Assembly: GCA_002633005.1 (NCBI GenBank) | Contig: NMRA01000079.1 | Location: forward strand, 981,148-1,045,147 | Direction of reading: 5' to 3' | DNA length: 64,000 bases | Source: Phoronis australis | Lineage: Eukaryota > Animalia > Phoronida | Shown here: in pieces, positions 14,501 to 29,500 of the stretch | How the letters are laid out: the number at the start of each line of letters is the position of its first letter | Numbering within the stretch: the first letter of the stretch is position 1 | Notes under the pieces: generated by a model | Databases searched by the model: none | What the model saw: the letters and a program-made list of their open reading frames with translations, nothing else | Told to the model about the DNA's origin: nothing | Program-made: the position numbers and the translations under genes

Positions 14501-17500
14501 TGTGGGACGTGGGTAACGTATGTACAGTACATGTACAATGTATTCATAGAAGGAAGCTATGCAATGCACCGGTAGACATTGGAAATTGTTTAGTGGTGCA
14601 AACGCTTAACAACACAACATGTCATCTCAACCGCACTAAAAAGAAAATTACAAATCTCCTTCACATGTTTGGCAGCAGGTATGAGGCACATATTAAAATT
14701 TTGCGCCTCATACAACGTTCCCTGCTACCACATACAAACGACGATCTGCTGCGGACTGAGACGGCTAAAGTTCGTACAGCTGTTCGCTGTTCTGTCTCGG
14801 CACTTTCTTTGGCGAGAAATGGCTAATGCATGTATCGTTTGACGTGCCTGAGTATGAGAGTTTAATTGCCCTCTCCAGTGCAATTAAATTTCAGGACTAT
14901 TTGGTTAACCCAATGCACATGGAATCCGTGTTACTGAAAGACTAATATCACATACACCGATCTACTTTCTTTTCAAATCATAACTGTGAAGTGATTTTTT
15001 TCTACTACGGTGAACTGAAAATCGCGTTTCAATTCATAAAGCCTGAATGAATAAGGTAACGCGACAAGTGAGTGTACACAGCCACTCCACCCACCACTGT
15101 TGCCGCGTGAACCAGTTTCAGACACAACACCCCAAGTTTAGTACACTCAGCTTAGAAATTTCCATTTCATTCCAGTAACAAGCGGGCTTTACCCTGCCTA
15201 GAATACATGGAAGGGATTATGCCGCCCGTGATATCACGTCCCGGAACAAGAAACAATGGGTGTAATGTTGACCAGGAGCTCAATAAATCAGGTAATCCAT
15301 AAGAATGTGTGAATTTAAGTTAAGCGTTTTGGTCATTTTTGTTTAATCTGACGTTGTTTTTTCGGACACGGATGAGCTCGGTATACGCCTGATCCAAAAC
15401 CAACGGTGGAGATTGTGCCTCGCGAGAATGTGAAGCAAGACTCTGAAATTTGTTAAAAATAATTTTGTCTGGCGAGAGTATGGACAAAGTGAGATAAGTG
15501 CTCAGATTTAGTGGCAGGGAGTTTTTATACTTTAACGGTGCCAGGGTTATTCGTCCAACAACATAACTCTATGGTTTGATAGGCTGAGGCTGTTCCAATG
15601 CGTTGCGTTCACAGATACTCACAGTACACGTTTCATTTGACATGGTACCAACAACTGAAATATCTGATTTTCCAAATAACACAGTCAAAATGAAATCCTC
15701 TACCCCGCCCCCTACCCGCTAGACGTCGATAACGCCACTAAAACGCCAACCTCTTACATGAATTTTAAGGGTTTAGATCTCCGTTTGTGTTGGCATCTGC
15801 ATTTATTCTACAATATTCTTTGTTCCAGCAAAGCCGTTTCTCTCTATATGACCCGTTGACTCTCCTTCCTTTTCCAGACGTTGCAATCCGTAAGTAAAAT
15901 GTGTACAACTCTTAACAAAGTTTAGTTATTGAGCGAACGGAAGTAGACGAGCGATATGCAAACGAGCAAGGGCTCCGTTCTCAGATGACTTGGCATAAGT
16001 AAAGTGGTTAGCGTGTATTTCCGGTATGTATACCTACGATAACATACATGTAGCAGTGCATGGTACACAACAATCTGTATAGGTAGAACACACTTAATGG
16101 CGATGTCACACCATAATGGGGATGTCAGTAAACCAAAACATTATGAGACAAACTAGTGATATCTGGAAGAGTTTTGAAGACCGAAGAATATCGCTAAGGG
16201 ACTTAGTGTGATAAAGTGCTTTGCTTCTAATGAATATTGATATTTCGCAGTCTTGGATTTTCTTGCACATTACGGCGTTTTCCCGTTGATCTAATATTGT
16301 TCGAGTCTATAGCCCAACAACAAGTTAGGAAGATGACCCATGTAGCCAATGTCTTACACGACTGATTAACTCCATACTGGCATTCGAGGATGGAGGCCCA
16401 ATAATTGCTCTAGTCTCCAATAAGATCGTATCTAGCGTGACTGGGCTTTGTTGTTTTAATACAAGTTAAGCTATAACAAATTTTAACAAAAGCCAAGAGC
16501 ATTTCTGAATTTCTCGTCATATGCGGACCATTTTTAGTTTTTGAATCAACAAAATCGCCCAACTACAACCGAAGTTACGACAATCAATTATTTCCGAACG
16601 TTACACAAATTCGCTCTGGCCGTTTGCCTGTGTTCACACGTGGTCTGTAATAAGCCTCGTAGGTAATTGGCCTGCCTCTTGTCACACCAGACAAAAGACT
16701 GTGCTTGGCAGTTAACAAAGAAGCTAGATGTTATCACACGACCACAAACCTCTGCGCCAGGTAAAGTCACTGAACGGGAGAACGCCGTCATGTTTCGTGA
16801 GATTCTTGTCTCAGTTTAACGCACGCCACATAGGGGTTCTTAGAGCTCCGTACAGCAGGTGGCCTGGATGACAGTTTTCCTTAAATTCTCTAACCGCAGA
16901 AAGAACATTAGTTGCAGCCATCGCATCTGCAATGGATATCGCTGGATAATTTTATCTACTGGGGATGGTATTTACAGTCACAAGAAATACTTTTTTCAGG
17001 AATAGCACCGAAGTACCTTCGCACGTATGTAGGCGACGTGTCAGTATCCACAATCCGCGTAATGACCAATTGTTTTTCTGTTAAGGTTGTTCGAGTCATG
17101 GCGTTGGCGATCGATCAAAATTGCGCCGATTTCCGATTGCGCTGTACATATCGGTGGACCTTGGCAAACGACTGACCGGAGGAGAGCCTGAATTACGACC
17201 TCAACTGAATAGCTATATTCGAAATCAAAATATGGACATGGTCAGTTGTGTAGACATACTCAGGCTGTGATTGGAGTTACTGTCGCCTCCCCCGTGTAAG
17301 CGACAAAAAATAAACAGATACTTCCCCTTCAAAAAATAGTAAGACCCATTCCACGACATCCTATAGATACATGTACGTCAGTAAAAAGGTATTGCATTTT
17401 TAAAAGGACTGCCGTTGGACCAGATCTCAAAACTCAAATCAAAACGTGGTTCCTGAAGACTTGGTGTTATGATGTAGTATGGGCATTCCACAGACGAATG

Positions 17501-20500
17501 GTAACGCGACTTTCAATTGCATTGCCTGGATTTCAAAGTTCGTCTTCAGTTCGAAATCATTTTGTACTATCAAGTGAATCTGTTGGTATGATATGATTTA
17601 TCATTTTGGCTGCAATGACTGTTACATAGCCAGTTAAAGAACAAATACGTTAACAGAGGTGTTGTTGACCATTAGAATTGTATAATCACCGTAACATAGT
17701 CGTGACTACGCTGGTTTAGCGTGCACTGTAGATACGCTCAAAACTCGAATGACAAGCTGAGTTTCGACCGATAAAAAATCGTCTGCTAATGTAGGTTACC
17801 AGTGGTAACTGAGTATAATGCTCAAGTCGAAGGATCCCGACGATACGATACCAGCATTGAAATTAGAGATCGGTGATTTACAAATGAGAAAATGAGGGAT
17901 AAATTTCACTGAGTTAAAATACCGTTTTTATGGAAATTGTGCGTCCTATTTTTCATAGCGTACAGATGTCGGTACAATGCCCTTTATTGATCAAGCCATT
18001 GGTACGCGTGCTCATTTAAGTATTCTATTTTCACGATCGATGACGTCAGCCGTTGAGTGGTGCAGTGGTTAAAGGCGAAGGCAACCTTTTCCATGTCATT
18101 TTGTATTAAAATAAGGTTGGTTGGTTATCCTAGACATATTTTCCACTAAATTACTGCTTTTCGTAATTTTATTAATTACTCGTCCGCTACTCCGGAAGTG
18201 ACGTTTTAGGAGGCAAGCATTTCGCGCCAATTTCTTTTCATATAGTCTGACTGTGAGAGCTGCCGAGTCAGTCGTTGTTCTACTTCGGTTGTGTTAAGTT
18301 CCGTCGTCGTTTGCTTTCATTTACTAGTCAGTCAACATGCCACACTGTTGCTGCGTACCAGGATGTACTAATTATCGGCTCACGCGCGCATTTGNTGTTG
18401 AAAAACAGCACAAAACAAAAGTAGAATAGAACAGATTCGCACGGTAAAGTCAACCCAAAACCAAGTGGCCTAAAACGTCACTTCCGGAGTAGCGGACGAG
18501 TAATTTTTAAAATTACGAAAAGCTGTACTTAAGTGGAAAATATTCTAGGATAACCAACCAACCTTGTTTTAGCTCAAAATGACATGAAAAAGGTTGCCTT
18601 CGCCTTTAAGTCGACGACTCGAAACTCTTGCGGACCGGGTTCGAACCCGGCCTCGATTCCCGCCAAAATGTTATCTCACCAGTGAGATAACTAATTGGAT
18701 TATTACACGTTGTATTGGCCAGAGGAGGACCATATTAATAGTTATTTGAAATTTGTTGCTGACTTGCGATAGGGACGGTCTCGCAACTTGGTGACTGCTA
18801 AGCCTCTTGAATACACACTAAAGTCAACCGTTTTGTAAAGGATCAGTAGCGGACCCAGGATACCAACTTGTTGCGCGTTGGAGGTCCTAAAGTTTTGGGG
18901 GGCGGGGATGTAAACCTTTTGTCCGTATAAGCAGTCGGTGGAGTAAAATAAAGAAAAAAACGGAACACGACGCCCAAGGCCTCCCCCTCGTCCGCTACCG
19001 ATCCTGCTTATTGAACTCAATAATTCCTCACGCTTCACTCTGCTATTGTTTCGTTATGCTTCCGGCAGCCGAGGGTGGGGGCGGTTCTCCTGCCCCCCTA
19101 AATCTGACTATGAGGATAAACCATACATGTACGTCGTCGACGTCCCAGTTGGATTTTCGCTCCTTGGCTTTGTTCGAACGTTTCGCAAATGGGTGTCCGA
19201 CTTCTAATTCCGATTATAAATGTTCTATAACCTCTCGACACCCACACCACGTTACCCCCTCGACACGCAAACCCCACGAAATGCGGCAATAATGTATCTT
19301 TGCGCTTGATACACATTTCATAATCACATTACGTCGATGAGTGACTTTCCTATTAAACCTCGTTACAGACGAATCTGCTCTGGCACAAGTCTTGTGGTTA
19401 GAAACAGGAAGTGGCATAAGAATATAACCTGAAATAGCGGATGGTGACCGTACTTTCGTTGTCATGGAAATGGTTCCACGAGCGGCTATCAATGACCCTT
19501 ATATTCTTAACTTCAGGAGAGATCACGTTGTGAATGCACATAATTTTAAATTTTTATTAATTGTTTTCTGTTGTATACAGATTTACAATATATTCTATAT
19601 AACGTTGACATACTTTTAAGTAACAGTTTGTTTTTCAAATTGTATTTACTCCACCAATCTCCCGATTACATTCAGCACGGAACTACATTTGAAACGTTGG
19701 TAGGTTTTTGATTTGATTTGGCAGTGTTCTTTCTGTTTTTCTATTTCAAACTTGCCACGTCGACTATCTTAACTCGAAAAATACAGGAAAACGTCCTGCA
19801 AGTCAGCTCCAGTTCTATGTTTAGATCGATTCGAGCTTGTATAGACTGGGTCGAGGGGGCCGTGGGTCATGGGTCGAAGGGGTCGTGTGGTGTACGGGTC
19901 GAGGGGGGTGGAGGGGTTTTAGGACAATCCTTCCGGTTACGCGCGCAGATTCTCATGACCCAAAAGGCGCTATGTCCATGACATGTTCAGAACACAAGAA
20001 TATCACAATACATGTATTCTTTATTGAGTTCCAGATCAACGCGATTTGGAAGAATCCACACTTTGGCTTCAGCATTAATATTAAGGCAGAAGTAAAGTTG
20101 ATACATTACATGACGGTCAACGAAGAGGTATGCACTAATGCTCGCTTGATTAGCCTGGTCTACTTACGACTGTAAACAGATGTCTTGGGTTGTACAGTGT
20201 AAATCTTTTTCCATCTAGGGAAGTTCATCATCAGAGAAAATAACTGTTCAATGTGACTAAGACGCTTAGGTAACAACCTTAGCAAACCCTTAGAATAAGG
20301 AATGGTGAAATGATCATCATCAAGGAAAGGTCGTGGCCCCCTCTTACGGATTGTTTGTAACATTTCGCTCAAGATCTGAGCTCAGTCCACAGGGGTACAC
20401 GTACATGCACATGTAGTTTGTTTACACAACTGTTAACTAAGACCCAGCATGAAAACATCTGTATGCCAGGTCACAGGCAGTTGAGTTCTTCCATGAAAGT

Positions 20501-23500
20501 ATTTTAAAGTGTACAGAGAGTGTTTGGCACATCAGTAACGCTAGCTTTTTTATAGTGATGCTTGGTGTTACAATTTTATTAATTCCACAGTTAGGGGTCC
20601 CATAACAAAAAATCCAAGTATTGAACTTAGGAACTCCTTTACTTCTTTATTCGGAAAGTCGAATTTTTGCATACTAACTATGCAGGCGTATCTTTGGCAA
20701 ACGTGGGTCGAATTTGACCAAAAAATATACCGTTGTGGTCGATATAAGACGGCTTGACTGTAGTAAATCAAACCCAAAGCTGCTGCACACCTGTTAAATG
20801 GCCGTCCGCACTAACCTATCCCAACTTACGGACGCTGGACTTCAGACACTGAGCGGAATGAGAACCCTACATGTATTTCATTTAATGCTTTTCTGACCGC
20901 AAATTACCAAAAATGGCATTTGATTGAATGGATTGTATGAAAACAATGTAAATATGAAAGTTGTCGCGTGATTTCAAGTTTCTACGAAATTAGTCCTGCC
21001 GTTGCTTTTAATGGGTACTTCCCCTGTAAGTCGTGACGCCAATGATAATGAATGTTTACTACCCTGAAACAGCTCTTATGAATGAATACATATCAAAATT
21101 ACGGAATGAATCTTGCCTACTTGAGCTTGATTGGAGGTGCTGCATTTACTGTATATTGAAAATATGCACTCATTTCGGTTTGACGGGTCACATGCAGGGT
21201 TTTCTGGATTTCTTCTCCGTATTGGGATTTAGTAAGCAATAACCGGTTTCGATAAAAAAATAATGCCAATATTAAACGACATCTTTGGTTAAATATTACG
21301 CGCATGCGTCAAACAGGATGTGCGCGTAGACCAGTGCAGATTATTCTAAATATAACTTTCGAGAACAAGGTCACTGTTGTCATAATTTCTGTAGTCACGA
21401 GGTCCGGAATGGTCACATAATCCTAGCACATGAAATTTACTTTTGCAATATACCCTACCTAACTGAGAAATAGTTTTGATGGCCCAGGGAATCCGTAAAT
21501 GAGTAGGCTGCTTCAGAATTCTAAGACTTATTTTGCTCTTATGAACATCCATGATTTTGTGTAGACGTTTTTGCGTTTTGCAAAGGCACTGTTTTCAATC
21601 GTAACAACGAGTACAATTTCCGGAAAATGAAATCATTGGTGTTATATCCAAAAAACACAACTTTCGCGACTTACTCGATTTCCAGCAACAAGTGGAAGAC
21701 ATGATCGGAAACCATACTCTAATACGGGCATTCCAGTCTTGGATATTCCAGAGTAAAAGTTGGATACACAGCAAAGCTGTGACAACTGTGTATCTTATTA
21801 ACGAGTAAGCATTTGCACTTTGAATAGTATGAATATGTACTTCCATGTACTTTTACCTTACAGAGATGCTTGCATTGTATGAAAAATCCAAATTTCAGTC
21901 CTATCCCAGCCAAAATCGCTCGAACAAAATCAAGGTCAGAAACTATTACAGTACTTAAAATACACCGAAGATGAATACATGTATGGCAGAGTGCCATCGT
22001 GGTGTGCATTTTGATTTTCGATTCGACCAACGCTTGAACACCTTATACATTGTACAACTCGAGCTCGGATAGTTTTCATAAGTGTCGTGTTTTTGTGTCG
22101 TTTAGAGTTGTAACATTAACACTCCTTTTGATCTTATCAGTTTGCCATAGCTCCGAGTGCATGTTTTTCCTCTACAAAGTGAATATGATAGTACTTTAAT
22201 ACATTAGTTGTAAAATTAACGTTTCAGCACCTGGCTAATCATCCTCAGCAAGAAAAAAATAATGAATCAGATGTTTAAGAAAAAAAGGCGTCATTCCAGC
22301 TACAGAAATATCAAGGCGCCGTTCCAAGAAACTGGCTTAAGTTCGTTTTTGACTTTTAAAGTACAAGATTTGTCTCAACTTGTTAGCTTTGAAACTTCCA
22401 TGTCGACGTCAGCCCTGAGACAAAACTTAAGTCAAACCTGAGATTTTTTTCTTGAAGAGGACTTGAAACACGTTTAAGTATTGTCTTAAAATTGACTGAA
22501 ATTTGGGATTTGGCTCGTCTAATTGAGTTTTCTTGGAACAGTTCTCAGGACTATATGTACTCCAGGAATCAAGCATGCCACATCAAACATGCTACAGTGT
22601 TTCTTACACCACCGGCGACTGATGCCATCGTCTCTTCCTGCCATATGTCAAGGTCAAGAGGTTATTTATCTAAGTTTGCAGCGCCAATTTGTCACCAAGT
22701 CCTTGCATTTTGTAATTGATTCATCAACCATCTTCTTATATCGCTTTATGCACGGTTTTAAGTTCGCAATTCTTTTTCAGTGGCAGTCGTGGTTCGTATC
22801 TCACGGATGGTAATTTGTGCAGGCGAAATACGGTAGCTGTATTAGGACTTTCAACACCTGCGCAGCCTATTCCATTGTTCTCGTTAGCAAGCGCAATGGC
22901 AGCTGGGTAAGCATTTCTAAACATGACAATAGACGCATTTCTTTCTGCCTTACAATCTCCACGCTCACTCATTTTCCCCTCCCATCTCCTGTTCTAAGTT
23001 CTTTCCACTATCTTAGCCCTCCCCATTGGTTTTGCTGTGGCTGATATCTCGCGCGGTGTGTAAATCTGTCCTATATGGGCACTTACAGTTCCAGTCTTGT
23101 CCACAATCTATTAGGCTTGAACAAGAGCTTTAAGTTATCTAGCCGTTGTACAAAGCTGTATACTAGATATACACTGTACAGCTTCGCGCCGATGTGGGTA
23201 AAAAACTGGTAAGATAAAGTCTGACACAAAATTAGAGTCATTAGAAACTACAGTCGTCCTTGTGTAAAACAAATTATCTAACGTTGCTGGAAAAAATAGC
23301 GTGCTACCATTACTTTGCTGCTAAATTTTGGAGCAATCTTTAGCGACACCTATTGTCTACTTTCTTTTTTTGCCGATTGTTCAATCACTGATCTGTTCTT
23401 AGTCCATGAGGTTGAGTACATTTAGATATCACAACAAATTATAGGAACTGGTATCATTTAGTTAAGTTTGTAGAAAAACCGAATTTTAGAAGAAATTATG

Positions 23501-26500
23501 CTGCTGCTAAGCTATCATCCTCTCCCGAGAGATGTCGCTAAAATTTAGGAAATGGCGCGTGCGTGTGTCACGAGTGTACTGTTTTCAAAAGGACGACATA
23601 TTTTTAATTTTTAGAAAAGGCGGAAAATTACGCAAGAAAATGACGTTTGTCAGATTGTTTTTCACGTAAACGGCAGTAACGGGCAAGGTGAGTGTCGTTT
23701 GATTCCCAGATTTTGCATTCACCCCATCTGATACAGGCAGAACTGTCCTGGCTGTGTGCAATCTCGGGCTCTATGGAAGAAAAACACACAGTGGTATCTA
23801 GGTGTATGTTGGCGATAGGCCTAGTCTTCATACAGCTAGCTGGCTGACTACGAGTTATCCTGTGTGACATGTTTGCTTCAGGTTGAGTTTGACGGGAGGT
23901 GGATGTGAGAAGGCACTGGAATCTTTACCCGATGGCATGAAGTGGACCTACTGTGCTGTAGCTAAGGCTGTGAAAATTTTCAGGTAAGTTTTGTCCATGG
24001 TTTTGATTTTAATTTGCTAAATGCTCCACCATGTAAACGTGACCGCCATTAGCTGGATATAATTTAATACATGCTGGCTGAGGAAACTAGTCGGATCACG
24101 TGCTTCGCGTAAAATGCATGACGACCTCTACCGAAATCACGCGTGTTCTTTCGCTTTCGCGGAGCGCATGTCTGAAACTCGTCAAATGTTCAGCCGTTTT
24201 CTTTCAAATCTGGGGCCCGTTCCAAGAAAACTGACTTAGCTAAGACAGATAATTTCAGTCAAATAGAAGATAAAACTTAAATTTGTATCAATTCCATTTC
24301 AAAAAAGAGATCTTATGTTTGAATTAATTTTTTTTACTTAAGTTTTGTCTAAATTTTGACTACCTTACCAGATGTGGAAGTTTCAAAGGTTGGAATTTGA
24401 GGCAAGTCAAATATGAATTTAAGTCAGTTTCTTGGAACGGGCTCCAGGTCCATAGTTGTCACGTTTTCGTGCGCGCAACCTAAGCGACGTGGACAAAAAA
24501 GTCCGCCTCAGAGAAAAAAAATGTCAGAGAAAATAAAAAATCCACAGCAATTTGCACAATCCATGGGCTGAACCTAGCAGCCCGTTTTTGTTTTTTTTTT
24601 GTCCTCGATATCTTTTTCAGTAAAATGTCCACAACATAGACAAATTCGAGACCTCCTATATTTGAGGTTGGGTGCGCGCACGGTTTTCACCTGGATGTGT
24701 TGGAGCAAGTTACCCCTGATCAGTGCTAATAGCTTTCATTGTGATGGTAGACTGGAAATTGGTTCAAAATGATCACTTTATTAATCTCGACCGTATGCTC
24801 ACGAGTTTTCTCAAACAAAATGGCCAACGTATTTGTTGAGTTTGTGCTACGCTCCAGCCAGTGTAGCGAAGCATTGACTTGTGGTGAACTTTTAAGACAC
24901 TTAATGTACAGCAACTGTTAGGCTCGTTCATTAAATAACGTGCTGTCTCTATAGCTGGTAATCTAATGACTGGCGTTGTAAGCGCTGATTCTGTTAATGT
25001 GACTTAACTGTATCTTCAGCTGTATAATACTTACTCAACCCTCATGCAATCTTCTGGAGCGAATTCAACCATGTCCTAGTGCGGAGTCTACCTAATCATT
25101 CTCCCAAAATATGCTCTATGCCTCAGAATGTTCCAAACTGTAGTTCTTTTTTAATGACTAACATGCTTGAATTTTTTAGAATATTCTCTATAGTATTCTC
25201 TAGGGTAAAGCCAAATATTACACAACATGTTTCGCGGTGTACCCTGAAGATAACCGTAACAAACACAAGTACGAGAAGCTGTGAGGCACACACAAGGGTA
25301 AACAAGCCTCTAATCAAGACATTGAGACCAAAGTGGTACACTTGCGCATTCTGTGATAGTTTTATCCTAGGGATATACATGTACAAGGCCTCCTTATATT
25401 TAAGTCTATAGTCTGTACTAGCACTGTCCAAGACACAGTGTACCTGAAATTGGACACTGGGTATTCTGATATGCATTCTGGATGATCATGAAGATGTCTG
25501 TAGATGTTAGCACCTCTGATAGATACAGTGTACAGGCCCAACGGTATTGATGTACGTGTATTCAGACTTTTCGGAAAACGTAATAGGCACCACAGCCTGC
25601 ACAGCAGAATTCATACTCCAAATGTGAGCGTGTGGACGAAGAGAAAATGAGGAGTGTGCCTGGAAAATGAAGTTGTGTACTATTTGGCTGTTTGTTAAAT
25701 GTTTGACTGTGCTTCTTCTGAACAGGCGTGCCTCAATTGAAGCTAAGAAATACGCTATGACCTAGCTAAAATCTAGTCAAATTCACGTGGTCTCATTTAA
25801 AACACATGGCAATATCTCACAAAATCTCGCAAATTCTTGCTTTTAATCGACGTCCTAGCGTTATTGAACGGGAAGCAGGTCTCTTGCAAACAAATTACAT
25901 CATCGCCTGCCTGATCTCACGGCTCCTGTCAATCAAGGGCTATCGGCTAGTAAGCAAACTGAACAGCAAAATGAAACTAACAGAAATAAAACCAGTGTCA
26001 CCATTCGTCCAGATGTACTAGAAATTAAGAGAGTGTCACGTTTTTCCCCGTGTGTGGGTGAGCGCAGGTTGTTACAGACCGGTGCTAATAGCTTTCGGTG
26101 CGAAGATTGACTGAAGACTGGTTCGAGTTCATCCTTTATTAATCCCGACCGTACGTTCACAAGCCTACTCAAACAAAACGTCCGACGTAATATCTGTTGA
26201 TGCTCCAGCCAGTGCTGCGAAGCCTTGACTTGTATTGAACTTCTGAGATACTTCCAGCAACTGTTACATTCGATTCAATAACCTGCTGTCTCTATAGCTG
26301 GCTCTCTATTGACTATCGCTGTAACTGCTGATTCTCTTCACTGCAACTCAACTGTGTAGTTCTCCTGATTAACTTTCTTGAACTCACCGATTAACTTGAT
26401 CTTCTGTTGAATTGACTTGATCTTCTCTTGATCTCCCGACTTGATCTTCTTGGACTCAACTGACTAACACAAACCCGTGCTTGTGTATTTATAGCCTAAT

Positions 26501-29500
26501 GCATTGTTTTACAACTTTTCATCAATTCAAGCACATACCAGAACTTTCTGGAACCTACCCAATCACTCTACAAACATGTACTAGTCTCTAGAATATTCCA
26601 GACTGCATTAATCACTGTCCTGCTAGAGTCTTCTAGAAAGTTCCACACTATACTGCAGTAAACAAATTACATTATCACTATTCTGACCTCAGTCTTCTAG
26701 AAAGTTCCACACTATTTTGTAGTAAACAAATTACATCATCACTGTACTTAACTCAGGGGTCATGCCAATCAAACAGAATAACAAAATAAAACAATACAAC
26801 TAAAAATACTGTCAGACTATATTTTGACAGAGAGCAAACATTTTCCATGTGATTGAACTGTCCCGATTGGGAACAGTTGGTGTCACATTGCGTCCACAAA
26901 ATAATTATTTCACATTTCTTCTACCCTGCATGCGGTATAGTAACTCGTTAGAAGTTATAGTCGCTTATCAAGGCTCATGTTCCCTATATAAACAACACGT
27001 GGTCCTAAACCACGAAACTTAATCTCGCTTATTGGCCAGTCGCAGCTCGTGTACGTTTCCCCCTCTGAGGTTGTACGATTGTCTAATCTCTAGTCCTAAG
27101 ACCAGTGCTGTATTGGGGTGTAGGCGCACGTAGGCGCAGCCAACCACCTTTTGGCATTTGAACGTAGCGCGTACGCACCGTAAGTTACGTTCAGTGCTCA
27201 AGGTGATGCGGTGGGCTTTTGGCGCCTACTTCCCCCTAATTTTACCAGAACAGCACTGCCTAAGACTATAGTAGCGTTTGTTAATCACCTGCTCTGGTTT
27301 GCACAAAGAATTCCATTGATGATGATCCTTTGAAAAAGCTCACAATGAAGTCAAATTTTTCTGTTGTTGTCATATTTTGGAAAATTTACATGGCTTCTCT
27401 TTCCAGTGATAAATGGGCTTTACCCTGTCTTGAATACCAAGTAGGAACCTTGTCGCGAGCGTCACGTCCAGGAACATTATCGAGAGACGACTTTGAAGCT
27501 GTAAAAAATAACTGTGGAGGTCGAATGGTCGGTGCGCACGACCAACAACTGGGGACAGCTTTTTACAAATTCTCCTTGGGTTACGAACATTTTTATAAAT
27601 TCTACTCACCTTGGGTAGGTAATCTAACAGAATTAGGTGTAACTCGTTTTGCCACATCACACACTTCATCTATCACATCTGAACATTTAGTATTGAAAAG
27701 TACATCTGAAGATCTACCCGTACGTGATTTCGTATTCATTTAGTGACTTTTGTGTTTATGAATGAAACTTGTACTGAAGTCAAATGCAAGCGAGGAATAT
27801 TTCTTCCAGGACACCGAGAAAAATATTTGTAGGTGGACTCCGTGTCACGATATGCGTAATGTAACGCACCTCCAGAGATTCGTATTCGTAACACCATGGA
27901 TGAAACCGGGCTACTCGTGTGGACTGAATAAGGTTAGTTTGCACTTAGTTTGAGGCCTACAGTTGTGTAGTGTTCTGGCAAGTCGTAGGATTTATGAGAT
28001 CAGCGGTGGAATGGCTGGTAGAAATAGGGACATTGTGCGGAGATGGAACATGCGAAGCTAATAAACACCAGGGCAACAGTACATGTCGGCTCCCTTTAAA
28101 AATGCTATGTGCGCTCTTAAAAACCTCATGAAAAGAATTTTAGCGCTAACTTACATCGGGTGAAACTGAAACCCTAAACAATCCTCATTCAACACAACTT
28201 AGAGTATTTTTTTACCTTAACGAAATCTGATATGATTGTTTAGTTTAATTTATTTTTTGATAGTGCACCACAACCTAAAGTTACCGGCATATTGAGTGAA
28301 GCTGACCCAAGCGTTGCGTTTATATATATATATATATATATTGATGCTTCCTCGGAAACACTTCCCATTTTTTGAAATACAATAAAATACGGAAAACACA
28401 ATTAAAGTTATGAACCGTTTTAAATTTATTTATTTACATGTAAGTGATGTCTTAAGATTGACGAAACTCATGCCGTGTTCAAAATTGGTAAAGGTACAGT
28501 AAAGAGCGTGTTTAAAGAAGATATTGTTGGGAAACGTTAATTCGGAATGCATTTGTTTTATTTCAGATCTGTCTCACTGAGACACACTGCGTCTCTGCAG
28601 GTGACTCAGGATGTGGCCAAACGCGTGAACTCGAAGGTACTAAAGGATATTTCTCGTCATTCAATTACGACGGCATATCAAGTTATGCTAGGGGACTTAG
28701 CTGCAGTTGGCGCATCACCGTATCGAAAAATATGCGAGTGAAGGTAAACTATGAATACTTATTACATGAGCACATGATGGCAGTACACGCTACTTTTGTT
28801 CCTACGAACAACTGCTTATGTTTTCTATTCCTTGAATTTATAAAAATCTACAATAATTGTCAGTGTCGACCGTTTGTAATCACGTGGTTACTCCGTGAGT
28901 CTGTACGATTTGAAAATGAGTCAGAGTAAAAAGTTACTTTTATATCAAGTCCGTTTGTACAAAAGTGTTAGTGTAACGGAACAAACCATAGTCGCCATGC
29001 TTGTCTCAAATTTTACATTGCTGCTAGGGTTCTGACGCAATCAGTATTGGGTGGACAGGCACGGTCATTTCAGCATTCAGTAAAAACACACTGACTTACA
29101 TTGGACATGTACCTAACCTTCAAAAAACGGACACCACAAAAAATCCTAGCCGCTGCCGAAGGTGCTTTCACATCATAATAGAGCATCAAACCATTTTAGG
29201 TGACATTTATCCGAATGGACGTGTATGGGTTTCCTCGCGCATGCGCCATACTTGAACCAGTCCAAGTTGGTGACGTTGTTGTTGTTCATGATGGAGAAAA
29301 CGACCAAGTGTTCTCAAAAGTACAGCTTTGCGGCAAAAGAAAAGACGTAATCATATCAACAACACACGTCGTATTCGTAAAATTTATATCGGACACTGAC
29401 CCATCAACAACAGGAAAGGGATTTCTGGCCAGCTATGAAGCCGTTGACTTGAATTACCCTGACATGGTCGTCGCTTACAACGGACGTGATGAAGGACTTG

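Noticed and set aside
16912-17175. ORF GIAPKYLRTYVGDVSV... with a good acceptor at ~16999
   Set aside because: Available donors are phase-incompatible with 17367; no motif support.
18050-18660. Functional tRNA gene
   Set aside because: No proper acceptor or anticodon stems, embedded in a dispersed repeat and interrupted by TEs; treated as tRNA-derived.
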